Shown here piece by piece: positions 1 through 13,119 of a stretch of DNA of 64,000 nt. The notes beneath the pieces were generated by a model, which did not search any database, was not told the origin of the DNA, and saw only the letters and a program-made list of their open reading frames with translations. How positions within the stretch are numbered: position 1 is the stretch's first letter; every line of letters begins with the position of its first letter. The position numbers and the translations under genes were made by a program. The DNA is from Entomortierella parvispora E1425 (Eukaryota > Fungi > Mortierellomycota): assembly GCA_020891255.1 (NCBI GenBank), contig BQFW01000004.1:2170001-2234000 (forward strand), written 5' to 3'.

Positions 1-1528
1 GGCACCTGAGGCTTGGCACTGGTACAGGAGCGATCCACAGTCATGGAAAGACCAAAGTCAATGATGACCACATCCTTCTTGGTATGGGTGACCATGAGGT
101 TGGAAGGGTTGATATCGAGATGCACAATGTTCTTGGCATGGACCGCGGCAAGGCCAGTGAGGACCTGGCGGACCGTTTTGCGGACCTGGCACAGGCTGTT
201 GTTCATGGCCTGGATATCAAACTTCTTGAGCATGGGCAAGACCAGGACGGTATCACCATTGTCATTGACAAACGAGTCTTGAAGCTGGATGACATTGGGC
301 AAGTCGCCAAGGTCATGCAGAAGCTGGAGCTCCTTCTCGGCTAGACCGGCCACGGGCACAGTCTTGAAGGCCAGAGGCATGAAGTCCGCGATGCGGATTC
401 CAAACTCGATAGTAGAGAGATCGTGCTAAAAAAGAAGAAAAGGGCTGTGCGTTAGTATGATGTGGATGATATGTGGGGGAGGCAGAAATGAAATGAAATG
501 AACGGTGGCTGGTAACAACAAGGGGGAAGGATGACAAACAACGAGGATGGCTGGTGCGCAAGTGCAGGCTGGCTGTCAACAAACACAGAAAATGACTGGC
601 AGAAAAAGCATGTGCAAAAAAAAAAAAAAAAAAAAAGAGCCGCGAAGTGGGAACAACCCCTTAAAGATATAAAGTCGCTGAGTTCCCTATCTAAACATCT
701 GTCTCCGATCATGACACACGGCGATTGACACCAAACAAACAACCCAACCAGCCCACACGAGCCTCCCGCTCGCTCTCCCCGCACAACTCATTTGGCCCGT
801 TTAGGGAAGAGCACTAGGCCATTGGAGCTGGCTTTGATTCTATTTCTTCTGACTCTTCTTGGGGTGGCCCGTATCCCCTCTGACTCGATCAATGAATGCA
901 TGGGGGCAAAGGAAGAACTCGGATTCAAAACACAAAAAAATAAAAAACTTACTGTCAGCTTGGGAAACATGTCGTTGACGAGGTAGTCGGTCTGGCCCTT
1001 GGAGGGGTGGTGCTCGCACGGGGCAGTGTACACATAGTCCGTAGGACTTGATGGGGTCGAGGAAGGCGCTGTAATCGATCCCGATCGCTGACCCTGGTTA
1101 CTGCTGCGGTTGGGCTGCTGGGTGGGGACGATCAACAGTGGGCTCGACATCATATCTTCGAGCTTCCCCGCAAGCTGTGTCGAGTGGGTCTTCCTGTGGG
1201 AGAAGTGAGTCTGGATCTCATGAAGAAACGGGTGGTGAGGACGGTGGTGGACAGAGGCGCGCTGAGGTGGACCCATATGGAGCTTTTGATGAAGGATAGC
1301 TTTCCGAAGCGAGTTGGCAGCGGGTCCCTGGAAGGTGCTGTAGGACGAATGGTTGTAGTTGTGTTTGGAGTTTGAGGAATGGGTGCTAAAGAGGCTATCG
1401 GGGCTGTTGGGTGTGCTATGGGTGGCGAGCGGGGCTGAACGAGGAGGAGACGAAGGCGACAGAATGAGGTCGTACTTGTACTCGAGCTCTGAGCTATATA
1501 AGGGGATCGCTATAGACATGGTGGCCAT
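1..1528 (-). CDS. Ser/Thr protein kinase, multi-exon, 3' end outside the window
   Basis: Minus-strand translation of 1-425 gives PLAFKTV (VAIK-type Lys), AEKELQLL (alphaC Glu), IVHLDINPSNL (catalytic loop) and VIIDFGL. The acceptor TTTAG is at 426-427. A Ser/Pro/His-rich exon 1528-953 (MATMSIA...) ends at a GTAAGT donor. Small internal exons are unresolved. Confidence 0.8.
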
Positions 1529-3357
1529 TGGGATATGGGCTGGAGGGGCTTGTGTGGGGAAGGTGCAGAAAGAGATCAGATCTTGTGAACGACGGTCGAG
1601 CAAAAAGATGGACAGGATATAGAGAATGATGGCAGAAACAGGTGTTTGCTGAGAGTGTGGATCAAAAAGTGCATAGAGAAAGTGGACGATGTGCGAAGGG
1701 GCGGTATTTGCGCAAAAGGGGAAGGAGAAGAAGGACAAGTGCAAAGGAAAGAGATGTTGGCAAGCGTGTGTTTAGGAAAGCAAAGCAAGGCAGGGTTGGG
1801 TGGCAATGCAAGGATGTGTGCAGGATGTGGATGGGTTATGACGAGATATGGCACAAGCAGTAATAGGCGAGAGAACAGCAAGAGCAATGCAATTGAGCAG
1901 GCGATAGAAGGCAGAGACGAGTGGCAATTATGAAGTTATTGCAGAAAAACGTTGAAAAAGGGATGAAAAGATGGTAAGGAAGAAAGAGGAAGGTGGATCC
2001 TTTATATATCGCCCAGCGGATGGTCAAAAAAAAAAAAGATTTGCACTGGCTCCGAGTCTGTCAGAGAGTCCCCGGAGCAGCCACGGAATCCCTACATGTG
2101 CCGATTTGTTTGAGCTGTTTGGGTGCGATTTCGATCTCACCCTCATCCATCCTCACCCGTCATCCCTCTTCACCCTGTCCCTCCCTCTTCCTGTCTCTCC
2201 CTTCCCTCTCCTCTCTCTCTCTCTCTCTCCCTCTGCTCTCACATCGATTTGATTTCCTCGTGTGAGTGAATAGGTGTGAACTGTTACTGCGAAGAGCTGG
2301 TTGGCTCTGCTCCGGGCAAGGCACAACCCAAACCCATGCTATCAAACCACAAAGCACAACAAATAAAAAGAAAACTAAACCAGGCAGGCAAGACATTGCG
2401 ATTGCCTATCGATGGCTTCTCCTATTCATTCTCCAATTGAATCCTTACGCCACGGGCATTCCTCCTGTAATACTCTCCCAGTCTCCTCCCCGTCCCATGG
2501 TCTTAGACTCCTATCACCACAGGTAATCCCCTCAAACACGACCCCCAACCAAACACAGCGATGGCATCCAACCAGAACTCCATAGATCCCTGAAAGAACA
2601 GCCTCAGCGAATAATAAAATCTCTCATTGCAATCACAATCAACCCCAGTCAGGTCCCCCATGACGACGGTGGTGGCAAGGGAGCCTCAGCGAGGGGACAG
2701 ATAGCAATTTGAGAAAAATTGCTCGTTTTTTTTTTATTTTTTTTAGTTCTCTCGTGTCTGCCTTGTTCATAGCTCCGTCTATCCCATCCTCTCAGGCCAT
2801 CCCCAACATCCCGATTCTTTTACTGCCAGCAAGCCCATTGTCAAAAAAACCCTCGCGTGTTCTATCATTTGATGACCAGGACAATTAAAAAAAATATTTG
2901 CTTAGCCTAGTAGGACTCAATGGGATGATGGAGTTGGATTGGGTGAATAATGGACCCTTTTTCTTCAGAGCCCCTCCCCTCTTTTTCTTCGCCTTGTTCC
3001 GCGAATCCGAATTATAGCCTATCTTGACATAGTAAGACTGAATAGAACAGTCAATTCAATTCTTGCGGCTCAACACAGCCTTGAACAGTGACTGCTGTTG
3101 TAGATCCACCTTTCTCGCACCTACGGACACCATCAACGACAGAGTTTTCTTTTCCTCGGGAAAAGCACGGAACGCAATCAAGCGAGGGCACGCGCGAACA
3201 GAATCACGTTGTTGTTTTGAAATTCTATTTGATTGTTTTTTTATGTCCACTCACGGGCATGTGTCTTTATACAAAGCGAGGGCACTAGGGGAATGCTGGG
3301 AGGCAGTGGAGGCGTTCGGTCCAGGCTGTTTGTTGGCGCAGAACTGGGACCCCAGTT

Positions 3358-6300
3358 TTAGGACTTTACGACCTTGATCTTGTATTCACTCAATTGACGA
3401 TCAGTCAGAGCAGAGGGACTGCCGACGACAAGATCTCGACCAGAGGCCGATTTAGGGAACGCAATCACATCCCTGATGGAGGGAGTTTCGCACAGGATCG
3501 CCATCAATCGATCAAAGCCCAGGGCCAGACCACCATGAGGAGGACATCCAAACGATAGAGCGTCAACAAGATGTGAGAATCGACCACTTTCTTCGGGAGT
3601 CATCTAATAATCAGATTAAAGAGAACAAGCCAAGTTGAGTGCATGTGATATGGCTGGACACCAATGGGCCTATCTGCTCTTTTTTTTTCTTACCTTCAGA
3701 ACCTTCTCAAAAACATAGGTTTGTAACTTGGGTGAATGAATACGGATAGAGCCACCCCCAATCTCTGTACCGTTCAACACGAGATCGTAATGCTGTCCAC
3801 GGACCTTTTCGGGAGAGTGGAACAGGAGAGGCAAATCCTCTGCTACAGGGGCTGTAAACGGGTGATGGGTGGCAGCCAGTCGATCCTGGGGCTTGGACGG
3901 ATCCTCTTCCGGTGAAAACAACGGGAAACCCTCCACCCACAGGAAGTTGTACTGTGTGGACGGGATCTCCAGCAGGCCTTTTCCGTGGATAAAAGAAATG
4001 TATGTGTTAACCTCAAGATTCCATTCCTATATCAAGTCATCCGTGTTAACGCTTAAGTACCTTTCGACTGCATCGTGCTCGCTAGCTCCAGTCGGACTTT
4101 TCCCATAGCAGTTTGCCCTCCCTTTGAAAGAAAGCGGATGAAAAAACGTTGTCAGTTTTCACATCCTCCAGGCAAAATAAAATAACCAAAAAAAAAAAAA
4201 AAAAAAAAAAAAAAACACCTGTCCACTTACCGACAAAAAGACAGGACGATCATTAAGAATAAGGGTATCGCCGGGTTGAAGATCTATGCTTTTGTTGATT
4301 TCATCAATGTTCAGAGATCCTTCCAACCGACTCGACATTGGCAACTTGTGGAGCCAAGATGAAAAGTTCTTGTCTGTGATCTTGACGACAGGGAAGGTCT
4401 AGAAAGAAGAAGGTTGTATGAGACGACTGATGATTCCTGAGTGATGTTAGAGATTCTCGCAACTATAATAGCTCAGGCTAACCTTGGCATCTGTTCTGGT
4501 TATCCTTTTGATATCCGAGTCCGAAGGTTTTGAGTCGTGCTTCAGTACGATCGCCTCCAAAATGTTGCTATTCGCGAGATCGGCAACGCGTTGGATCTAA
4601 AGATAAAGGGGGCGAATATATCAGTACCTTTTCGTTACCTCTATAGCAAGCTATGCGTTTCTATCCTCTCAATCTTACCTCCAAGCCAAATCGTGTGTCA
4701 GGTTTGTCAGATCCATACTAGAGCACACAATAGAGAAACAAATTAGCTATCAAAAATCATCCATATTGTCATATGAAATATCAGAAAAGCGACTTTATAC
4801 CTTGGACATAGCCACCTGATAGTTCATCCTTGGGAATTCTCCACCGTTAAAGAGTTCGACGCCCTTTAGTTTCTTCCAGACAGATCGAACAAGACCCTCT
4901 ACCAGGCCCTGGATATCCTTTGCAGATCCGAATGATACCTCCAAATCAACTTGAGTGAACTCTGGTTGGCGATCTGCTCTAAGATCTTCATCACGGAAAC
5001 ACTTTGCGATTTGGAAGTATCGATCGATGCCACTGGACATGAGCAATTGCTTGTACTATGACAGAGAAAGAGTTTGCTCGGTAAGGTTGAGTGTTCATGT
5101 TCTGCCCTGTAAAAATTGATGGCGAGATATCAAAGACAATACCTGTTGAGGACTTTGTGGGAGGGCGTAGAAGGCATCGGCGTTACGCGTGGGTACTACA
5201 AACTCACGAGCACCCTCAGGAGTTGACTTGAACAACATTGGCGTCTCCACTTCCACAAAATCTATGATCCACAAATTTGACTTTGTTCAGCATTTTCCAA
5301 TGAACGCATCATTCACTCCCGACATCCTGCTAACATTGAACAATACCCTGTGAAACAAGGTAATCCCGAATGACCCAGGCTGCTAATGACCTGTTCCTCA
5401 GATTCCTCTGGAGTTTTTCGCCACGTAGATCCAAACATCGATACTTCAATCGGACTTCCTCATTCACCTGCGGAGATAAAAAAAAATGAGGATTAGCACC
5501 TCTGCAAGGAGCAGCAAGGCACACGAGATGATTTTGCTCCATTACCTCTGAAGAGTTTGAGGGTTGGAATGGTAGGGACTTGTGAGTCTTGTTCAAGATA
5601 ACAACCGATGACAATTCGACTTCAATTTCGCCCGTCGCCATCTTTGGGTTTACAGCCTTTGCGTTTCTCTCAATGACATGTCCCTCTATGCAGAGCACAC
5701 TTTCAGGCGTGATCTCGGTCAATTGCTGTCGGATCCTGTCACTAGCGCCGCTGGAGCCATTAATAACCAATTGGATCATTCCTGAAGAATCTCTCATAGG
5801 CAAAAAAATCAACTCATCGGACAGTTTTCTACAGTTACAGACAATTTGTGAGTCTCCTTAAAAAAAATTGAAAAATCAGTCGTAAAACACCCGATGCTTC
5901 CGATCTACGCCGGGGGAGGTGCTGGTACCTGATCTTTTGAGCCCAACCAGACAGAACAACTTTCTGGCCAACATTGGCCTTGGTAAGTTCTCCACACTTG
6001 TGAGTCCTGGTAGGAAAGCTCCCTATGTAGTCAGTGAACAGATCAGATCGAGCAAAAAAAAAAAAAAAGAGATATGGTTTCGACCCCAAAAACACTCGCA
6101 ACCCCCTGCAACAGCCACGCTAGATTTTCATGGCATTCTTTCTGTTTCTCATACCAAAGGTGACGCCATCGAGAAGTTCCTTTTGCAATGCTTCATTGGT
6201 CCACCGACTTGATGTTGAGGTGAACGACCTGGAAATGAATGGTGAATGGGTGGGGCATGGAAAGGATCGCCATGAGGTCCAAAGTTTTGGGGTGTGCATG

Positions 6301-6386
6301 CTCGCCGGGGCGGCAGCTGACCTGGCCACAGAGGCAAGGCTGAGCAGAGACCTGGCGACTTGGCTCCTTGCTCTGACTGAATGCAT
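3358..6386 (-). CDS. MSD1: Mitochondrial aspartyl-tRNA synthetase (bacterial-type AspRS), about 10 exons
   Basis: Exons encode RTHKCGEL...VVLSGW (OB fold), [27 protein letters not shown] (motif 2), [31 protein letters not shown] and [16 protein letters not shown] (motif 3). The N-terminus is an Arg/Ser-rich presequence ([15 protein letters not shown]). Confidence 0.96.
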
Positions 6387-6642
6387 TTGAAATGTGAATG
6401 GTCAAGCGTTGGAAAGAATGAAGCCGAAGCATGCTCGGAGCAGAAAGGAAACAAAAAAAGTGACTGCCAAAGAGCGCGCGTCTGAGCAGGACTTTCCAGG
6501 AACCAAAAAGAGGCTATGTGTCTGATGTGCAAAACTGTGTATTTATGGTACTGGCTGGGGTGGGGATAGGGACAATGCGATGCTACAATAACAATAACGA
6601 TACACAATACTAGACTACAAGGGTTGGGGGGTGGTTGCTTAC

Positions 6643-9600
6643 TTAGTACACCTCCAACACGTACCGCTCCTCCTCCTTCAGCTTGTTGACGATACGGTTG
6701 GCATCAATAGCAGCACAGTCCTCGCCGTCCATGAAACTCTGCACGATCGCATCCTTGACATCACCTGCAGGCCAGGTAGGGCCGCACAGGTAAAAGTGTC
6801 CGTTCAAGCTGCTGTCGAGCAAGTACTTGTGCAAGAGTGCTCCGTCTTCGTTCATCTTGTGCTGAATGTAAATCTTTTCCTTCTGGTCACGCGAGAAGGC
6901 CAAGCGCAAGTGGGTGAGCAAACCGTCCGCATGGTAGGCTTCGAGTTCCTCGCCGTACAAGTATTCGTTGGCACGGTTACGCGATCCAAAGTACAAGATC
7001 ATGGGTCCAACTTCAATGCCCTGAGCCTTCTGCCAAGCACGCTCCTGGATGAAGGCGCGGAAGGGAGCCATTCCAGTACCAAGACCAGCCATAATGACGG
7101 GCTGATGAGGGAGAGGAGGAAGCGTCATAACTGAAGGCTTAATCGAGACAGTGACATTGTCACCAACGCCCAAAGAGGTCAGGTAGCGTGTGCACTGACC
7201 GAAGCGGGCCTTTCCAGAAGGAGCGGTCCATTCCACGGCGACAATCAACAAGTGAACAGAGTTGGGGTGGGCCTTCATCGATGAAGCAATCGAGTAGTGA
7301 CGGGGCTTGATGGCGGGAATCATGGCAATCAATTGAGGAATCGAAGGGTGAGCAGAGGGGAACTCGCGCAAGATATCGGCGTGAGTCAAGGTCTCGTCCA
7401 CACGATCCTTAAACTCGGCAGCACCCTCAGCAGAGATCAAGAAGGCAAGACGCTCCTTCTCGGCTTCATTGGCGGCAAATGGAATCAAATCAGCATAGAA
7501 GCGCTTGGAAGGGCGTCCAAAGAGATCAGAAGTCTGCTGCAAGACCTGGAAGAGACTGTTGGTTTGGTAAAGAGGAAGGGTGCCCTCAGGTGCGTTCTTG
7601 GGAACAGGTCGAGGAGCAACGACAATGGTCTCGGGCTTCTCACCATAGAACTTGATGAAATCCAAGACTTCCTCGGTGTCGTTCCAACCGTGAATACCGA
7701 GAGCGTCTCCAATCTCGTACTTGAGACCAGTGTTGGTGGTATCGAACTCAAGGTGGAACACGTTACGGTCATAGGTGGTTGGAGTCAAGCGACGGTTCTC
7801 AGTGATCTTGACGAGGTACGAGTGGCCGTCGTCAGACAACTGCTTCTTGGTGTCGTAAGCCTCAGAGAACAACAACTGCCAGGCGGCTTGGTGCCAGTTG
7901 GAGGTCTTACCCAAAGCAACCTCTCCCTCCTCGGGAACGGGAGTGGCGTGGCTGACGGCTGTTGAAGTGAAGGCATCGACCGAGCTGCGGATAGTAGGCG
8001 AGACACGCTTGGGAAGAGCCAGGGCAGCTTGATCAGCCTCACCGAGCTCAATGGCCAGCCAGTTGGGGTTTTGGGGAACCTCAATCACCTCCTTGTCGAC
8101 ACGCTCAACCAAGGTACAGACAAGATCTTTGAGAACCTTGATGTTGGAGGTCTCGTACTGGCGATCCAATTGCTCGAAAGCTGCTTCGCGGAGGTTTGAG
8201 GCAAAGGTCTTGAAGAAGGTGACCTGGCCCAACAATACCTTGCCAGCACCAGCAAGTCCGAGCTCTTTGGCAACATGGATCAGGTCGATCAAGAGAACCT
8301 GGATCTGCTTAGCACCCAAGGCAAAACGGAAGGCAGCGGATGTCTTTGACTCGAGCTCCTCGACACTCCATGGGGCATTGAGAACCAACACGGCTCCATG
8401 CTTGAGAGAATCCACAATGTTGAACTCGGCCAAAAGAGACAAGTCGTGGACCAAAGCGTAATCAGCCTGAGCAGACTCTGCAAACACGATCGAGTTCGAC
8501 TTTGAGAATTGGAGGCGAGTCTCGATGACGGGCTGGTGGCGGTAGGAGTTGACAGCAGAGCTGTGCTGGATGCGGTGTCCAAGGGCAGACTGAAGGTGCT
8601 TAGCAACATGAGCCGAGACTGGCGCAGAGCTTTCTGTCTCCCAGAAGATGGCCTGCTTGACATCACTCTGAGCAGGCTCCTCAGTTGCAACGATGGCAGC
8701 AAGATCCAGCTTTCCAGCAGTGGCAGTGGCCTGGTGGACCAAAGCCTTGAGCCATCCCTGAGTCAAGGAGTGTCCGAAGAGACCATATTTGGCATCGACA
8801 ACAATGGGTCGGTGAGCGCCAGTCCACAGGTTGAACGAGGCGGAGACATCCAAGAAGACGGGTCCATGGGCAGAGGTGCTAGAGACGGGCTCGACAACAA
8901 CAACTGACTTTGCGGAGGTGGGAATGGCTTTCAAGAAGTGGGAGAACGACCAGGGTCTGTAGAGGCGAATGTTCAACACACCGACCTGAAAAAAAAAAGA
9001 AAAAAAAGTGAGTGACTGCGACAAACTGCGATTGCACCATCGAACTGAAAAGCTGCTCAATTAACCTTACCTTGTCACCAAGATCCTTTGCAACATTGTA
9101 AGCAGGTCCGAAGACGACAACGACAGTCTCGGCATCCTTGGGACCAGTGTACTCGAAAGCTCTGTACCTGCGTCCAAGAAGTGACTCGGCGTGCTCAAAG
9201 ATATCCTCAATACCAGAGACGAGCGAGCCCTCGTCATGACTCAAAGTATACTTTTGCTGCTCCTGGCGAATGAAAGCAGCGGCATCCTGATCACGCACGG
9301 TCTTAATTGCCTCGACCTGGTGGCTAGTCTTGACTCCGTCCAAGATGTGAATAACGGACTGTCTGGTTCCAGATGCAACAGCGTGAGCAAGAATGGAGAC
9401 ATCATACGCCTCCTGAACAGAGTTGGAGGCAAGGTACAGAAGACCGGTCTCTCTTGCAACCAACACATCCGAGTAATCACCACGAAGGACATTCAGGTCT
9501 GAATCCACAGACTCGGCAGCCACATGGAAGACAACAGGCGTGTTGGCCTGAGCAATCTGATAGAGGTTGGGCACCATAGTGACAATAGCAGCTGAAGAGG

Positions 9601-10390
9601 CCAAGGTGGAGATAGAGCTGTTCTTGGAAGCGGCTGAAGTAACGGCACCATGGACAGCAGAGGCGGCATTAGTACGAGTTGACATCTTGAGAACTTGGGG
9701 AGCGAGGGCTGAGCCGGTGGCGTTGCTGAGACCAGCCTTGGACCAGTTCTCTGAGGACTGTCCAAGGTACGAATGTGCTGAAGTGGAGGGATAGACGAAG
9801 ACAAGATCGCTGAGTGCATAGGCAACGTGCTCAACAGCCAAATTGCCAGAGGTAAGTTGAACAGCCTCAGCCTCGTTCTGGATTCCGATCGAGAGGTTGG
9901 AGCGAAGGGAGAGAGTGAGCTGGTCCAGCTCATCAACGACAGTAACAGCCGAAGAGGGACCCTCTGAGCCAGTCAACGAGTCGTTATCGTCGTCCTGAGT
10001 GACTTTGGTGACAGTCTTTGTCGTGGTGACAGTGGTGGTTGTTTTGACATACGATCGGACAGTGGTAAGGATCTGGGTCAACTCAGCGGCGGAGGATGCT
10101 GAAGAAGAAGAGGCAATCAAGGAAGAAGCGACTTCCTGGACCTGAGAAGAAGAGAGCTGAGCGAGGGCATTGACAGAGAGCTGGTCGAGGAGCTGATCCA
10201 AGTGGCGAAGAGCAATCTGTTCCTGAGACTCGGGTAAGTTCTCGACCAAAATGATCTTGCGAATGACAGAGAGGTTGGAGAGAGCCTCCTGGATCCTAGC
10301 GTTGGAGTTGGCAGGGACTGAGGTGGGAGTGGTTGAGGGCTTGCCAACGAGTCCAGCCACGTTGGCGAGCGTGTGGAGAACAGTCAGCAT
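6643..10390 (-). CDS. MET10: Sulfite reductase [NADPH] flavoprotein (alpha) subunit, 2 exons
   Basis: PFOR-like N-terminal part (AFEYTGPKDAETVVVVFG) followed by an FNR module: YEIGDALGI, IKPRHYSIASS, GQCTRYL, MAGLGTGMAPFRAF, LYFGSR, YLCGP, ERYVLEVY*. The intron lies at about 8988-9069. Confidence 0.96.
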
Positions 10391-10616
10391 ATGAGGAAAC
10401 AGAAAGGGGGAGGGAAGGAGAGGGGGAGGGAAGGAGAGGGGGAGGGGAGGAGAGGGAGGGGAGAAGAAGGTAAAGAAAAGAAGAAAACAAAGACTCGGCG
10501 ATCTTTTAAAGCGCAGGCGATGGCCTCAGACAGGATCATTCACCTCAAGATAAGTCGCCACCTGTGCGGCATGGCATAGGAGATCCCCGAGATCGAATGT
10601 GACCGTGATATGTGAT

Positions 10617-10674
10617 ATGGCGCGATTTTTCTCGCTGTGAGCGCGATTGACTGTCCGAGCGCAAATGGCGCCAC
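10617..10674. promoter_or_regulatory. Two near-consensus CYS-3/MetR-type bZIP sites upstream of MET10
   Basis: ATGGCGCGAT (10617-10626) and ATGGCGCCAC (10665-10674) each match ATGRYRYCAT at 9 of 10 positions, 230-285 bp upstream of the MET10 ATG. Confidence 0.35.
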
Positions 10675-11228
10675 CAATTTTTAGGCTTGCTGGCTGCGAA
10701 GCGGGTCCGAGGTACGGAAAAAATGGATCGACTTCCTTGGGTTGTCTTCATTCCCCTGTATGCACAGAACCTGTAAACACTTGAGCTCGCCTTTGCGCAA
10801 GTTGCCGAGAACAGCTGCTGAGGAATCGTCATTCCCTCTCGATTTCTATGATACTAGAAGCGATGGGGCGGATATATGAGATGCTCGATCTTTTTTAGCG
10901 ATCTTCCTCGTCTTATGAGCCTCCCTCTGTCGTTGATTGGCGACCGCCACTGACTATTGACCCATCTTCTGAACTCATGCTTCCAGCCCATGTCATCTAA
11001 TTCGATAAAGGAGCAAGCCAAAGAATAAAATGACCTTGTTTGCTGGCCAAAAATCAAAGTCTTGATTTGATCGGATCGAAATGAACCAATATCAAAGGTA
11101 CACCCAATGAAAAGACTCACAGCATTCTGTTTCTAAAATGTCGTTCGGCGCCATTTCTAGGACTTCGGGATCTTGATAAACATCTCTTTAGTTTAACTTT
11201 CAAGAATCATGAGGGGACTTCTAAGAAC

Positions 11229-12946
11229 TTATGAGCTACTAGATTCACGCTTGGTGACAGTCGAGCCTTCAGAGTGCTCGACCACCTGGCGCTTGATCTG
11301 GGGGACAGATCCGGAGAGTGGAGTGGATGGAGAAGAATTCGTGTTCTTGCCGGAGATCGCAACTTGACCATCACGAGTCACCGTAGCATAGGTATGAGGA
11401 GGAGGGTAGTGCTTTGGAGGGGCTGCTGGTGCAACAGGGGCAGGGAAGATGACCGGGAGCTTGGTAGCCGAGGATGAAATCTGCTTCAAGACCTCGGTGC
11501 TGGGGCGGACACGGCTGCAAAGGTAAAAATCTCCGGGACCTTGAAGGCGAACAAACTCCTGCTTGCCAAACAACACGTTGCCCAGGCGCTCTCCAATACG
11601 CGAAGCAACGTTCAAAGTCGATGCGACGTAGGGGTTGGAAAGAATCTTGGAAGATCGGGGCTCAGCCTCCGCCGACTGAGTTGGGTCAATAGCAAGTCTT
11701 GAAGCAGCAGGCGAGGAACCAGCTTCCCATGCAATCAAATGTCTATAGGAGTAATATCGAGTTAAAAAATGAGTCTGATCCCATATTGTCTGTCATTGAA
11801 GCCTTGATTGAACGATGGTTTCATACCTGGGGTTCACCAAGTATTCCTCCTTTGGTGCAAGAACCAAACGATAAATTCCTCCGTAGCTCGCAATGGCCAA
11901 AGTACCACGTCCAGTAACACGGTGGGCGAAAAAGTTGGTGACACCTAAGCCGGCCTTTGCCAATCCCAATTGAAGAATGACACGGGGAGATCTGGCCAGG
12001 AAAGCATCGCGTCTGATATAGTATTCTGAGGTACCATCCATGCGAATCGCTGCAATATCCGACATGTGCTGGGGCGCCAACAAAACATCTCCAGCGACCT
12101 TATCCGTTGAAAACTAAAAAAAGGAGGGAGATGTTAATTTTATCAGCGAAGCGACTAGTGCTTATGACATTCGATTCGACAGAAAAAAGGAAAAAGAAGG
12201 ACCGGCTCCAAGCTTGCATACTTTCTGGAAGTAGAGTGATCCTCCGGCCAAACGTCTTCCAAGAGCCTTCAATGGGTTCGATGCTGTGGACAACTCGGAC
12301 AAGACCTATTTCAAAGAATATTCAAAGTATAAGTACCCATGTCAACGTGACAATGTAACCCACCCTTTTTCCTTCATCAAAACCTCACATACATCTGCAG
12401 AGCTTCCGACAGCGGCACCAGGTGCAGCATAAAGTTCTGAACGCGAGGGCAATCTGACATGCAGCATTGATCCCAGTCCTGCGCTGACAACCTCAAACTC
12501 TGGATCCGCAACTGAGGGTTGCTTGATCCACTTGGACGCGTTGTTGATTCCTATGCCGTTGTCCCGGGTGCGCAAAAGACAAATATCAGCAAAAATATGT
12601 AACCGTGTGATAATTGCAGCTTCTCTGATTTCCTTCGGTTCTCACCTGGCAAGATTGACATGATACCCTTCTTGGCTGCCTTGGGCGCCTCTAAAGGAGT
12701 CTCAACCTCTGACTGGGCAGAGTGGTTGGCATGGTGGATCTCCTCTGACCGGGATTCAGCATTGCCGCCGAGAGCGTCCCTGCGAGCCTGGATTCGCTCC
12801 TCAATCGAGTCCAGCTTCCTGTCTAGGGTTGGTGCGGCTCCATTTGTTGGCTGCGAGCTTGCATTATAAGCCAAGTTGGCGTAGGCACGTCTAACGCTGA
12901 TGTTGCGTGGTACCCTAAGGGACCCCTGGCTAATGGTCCTGATCAT
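11229..12946 (-). CDS. AIM24: Mitochondrial biogenesis protein AIM24 family, about 4 exons
   Basis: Presequence MIRTISQGSLRVPRNISVRRAY, then FEVVSAGLGSMLHVRLP..ELYAAPGAAVG, YYIRRDAFLA, FFAHRVTGRGTLAIASYGGIYRLVL..EEYLVNPR and EFVRLQGPGDFYL. Confidence 0.88.
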
Positions 12947-13027
12947 CGTTGTTGAATGGGAATAGGGTGAAAGTGAATAGGCACGAACATGGTCGGGCGG
13001 GTTGTTCCCGCGACGGCAACCGTTTGG

Positions 13028-13053
13028 CACGTGACAGTGCAAAGTGTCACGTG
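13028..13053. promoter_or_regulatory. Pair of inverted GTCACGTG E-boxes between the AIM24 start and the tRNA
   Basis: CACGTGAC at 13028-13035 and GTCACGTG at 13046-13053. Confidence 0.4.
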
Positions 13054-13119
13054 ATTATGATGGAATGTTGTGATATAAAGACGACAGGAAAAATAATTTT
13101 TCAACTTCAAAAGATCAAA

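Noticed and set aside
6631-8907. Long plus-strand ORFs (e.g. 6631-7134, 7297-7965, 8051-8461)
   Set aside because: They are antisense shadows of the codon-biased MET10 CDS.
10854-11120. Protein-like minus-strand frame between AIM24 and MET10
   Set aside because: No ATG, splice support or recognisable motif.
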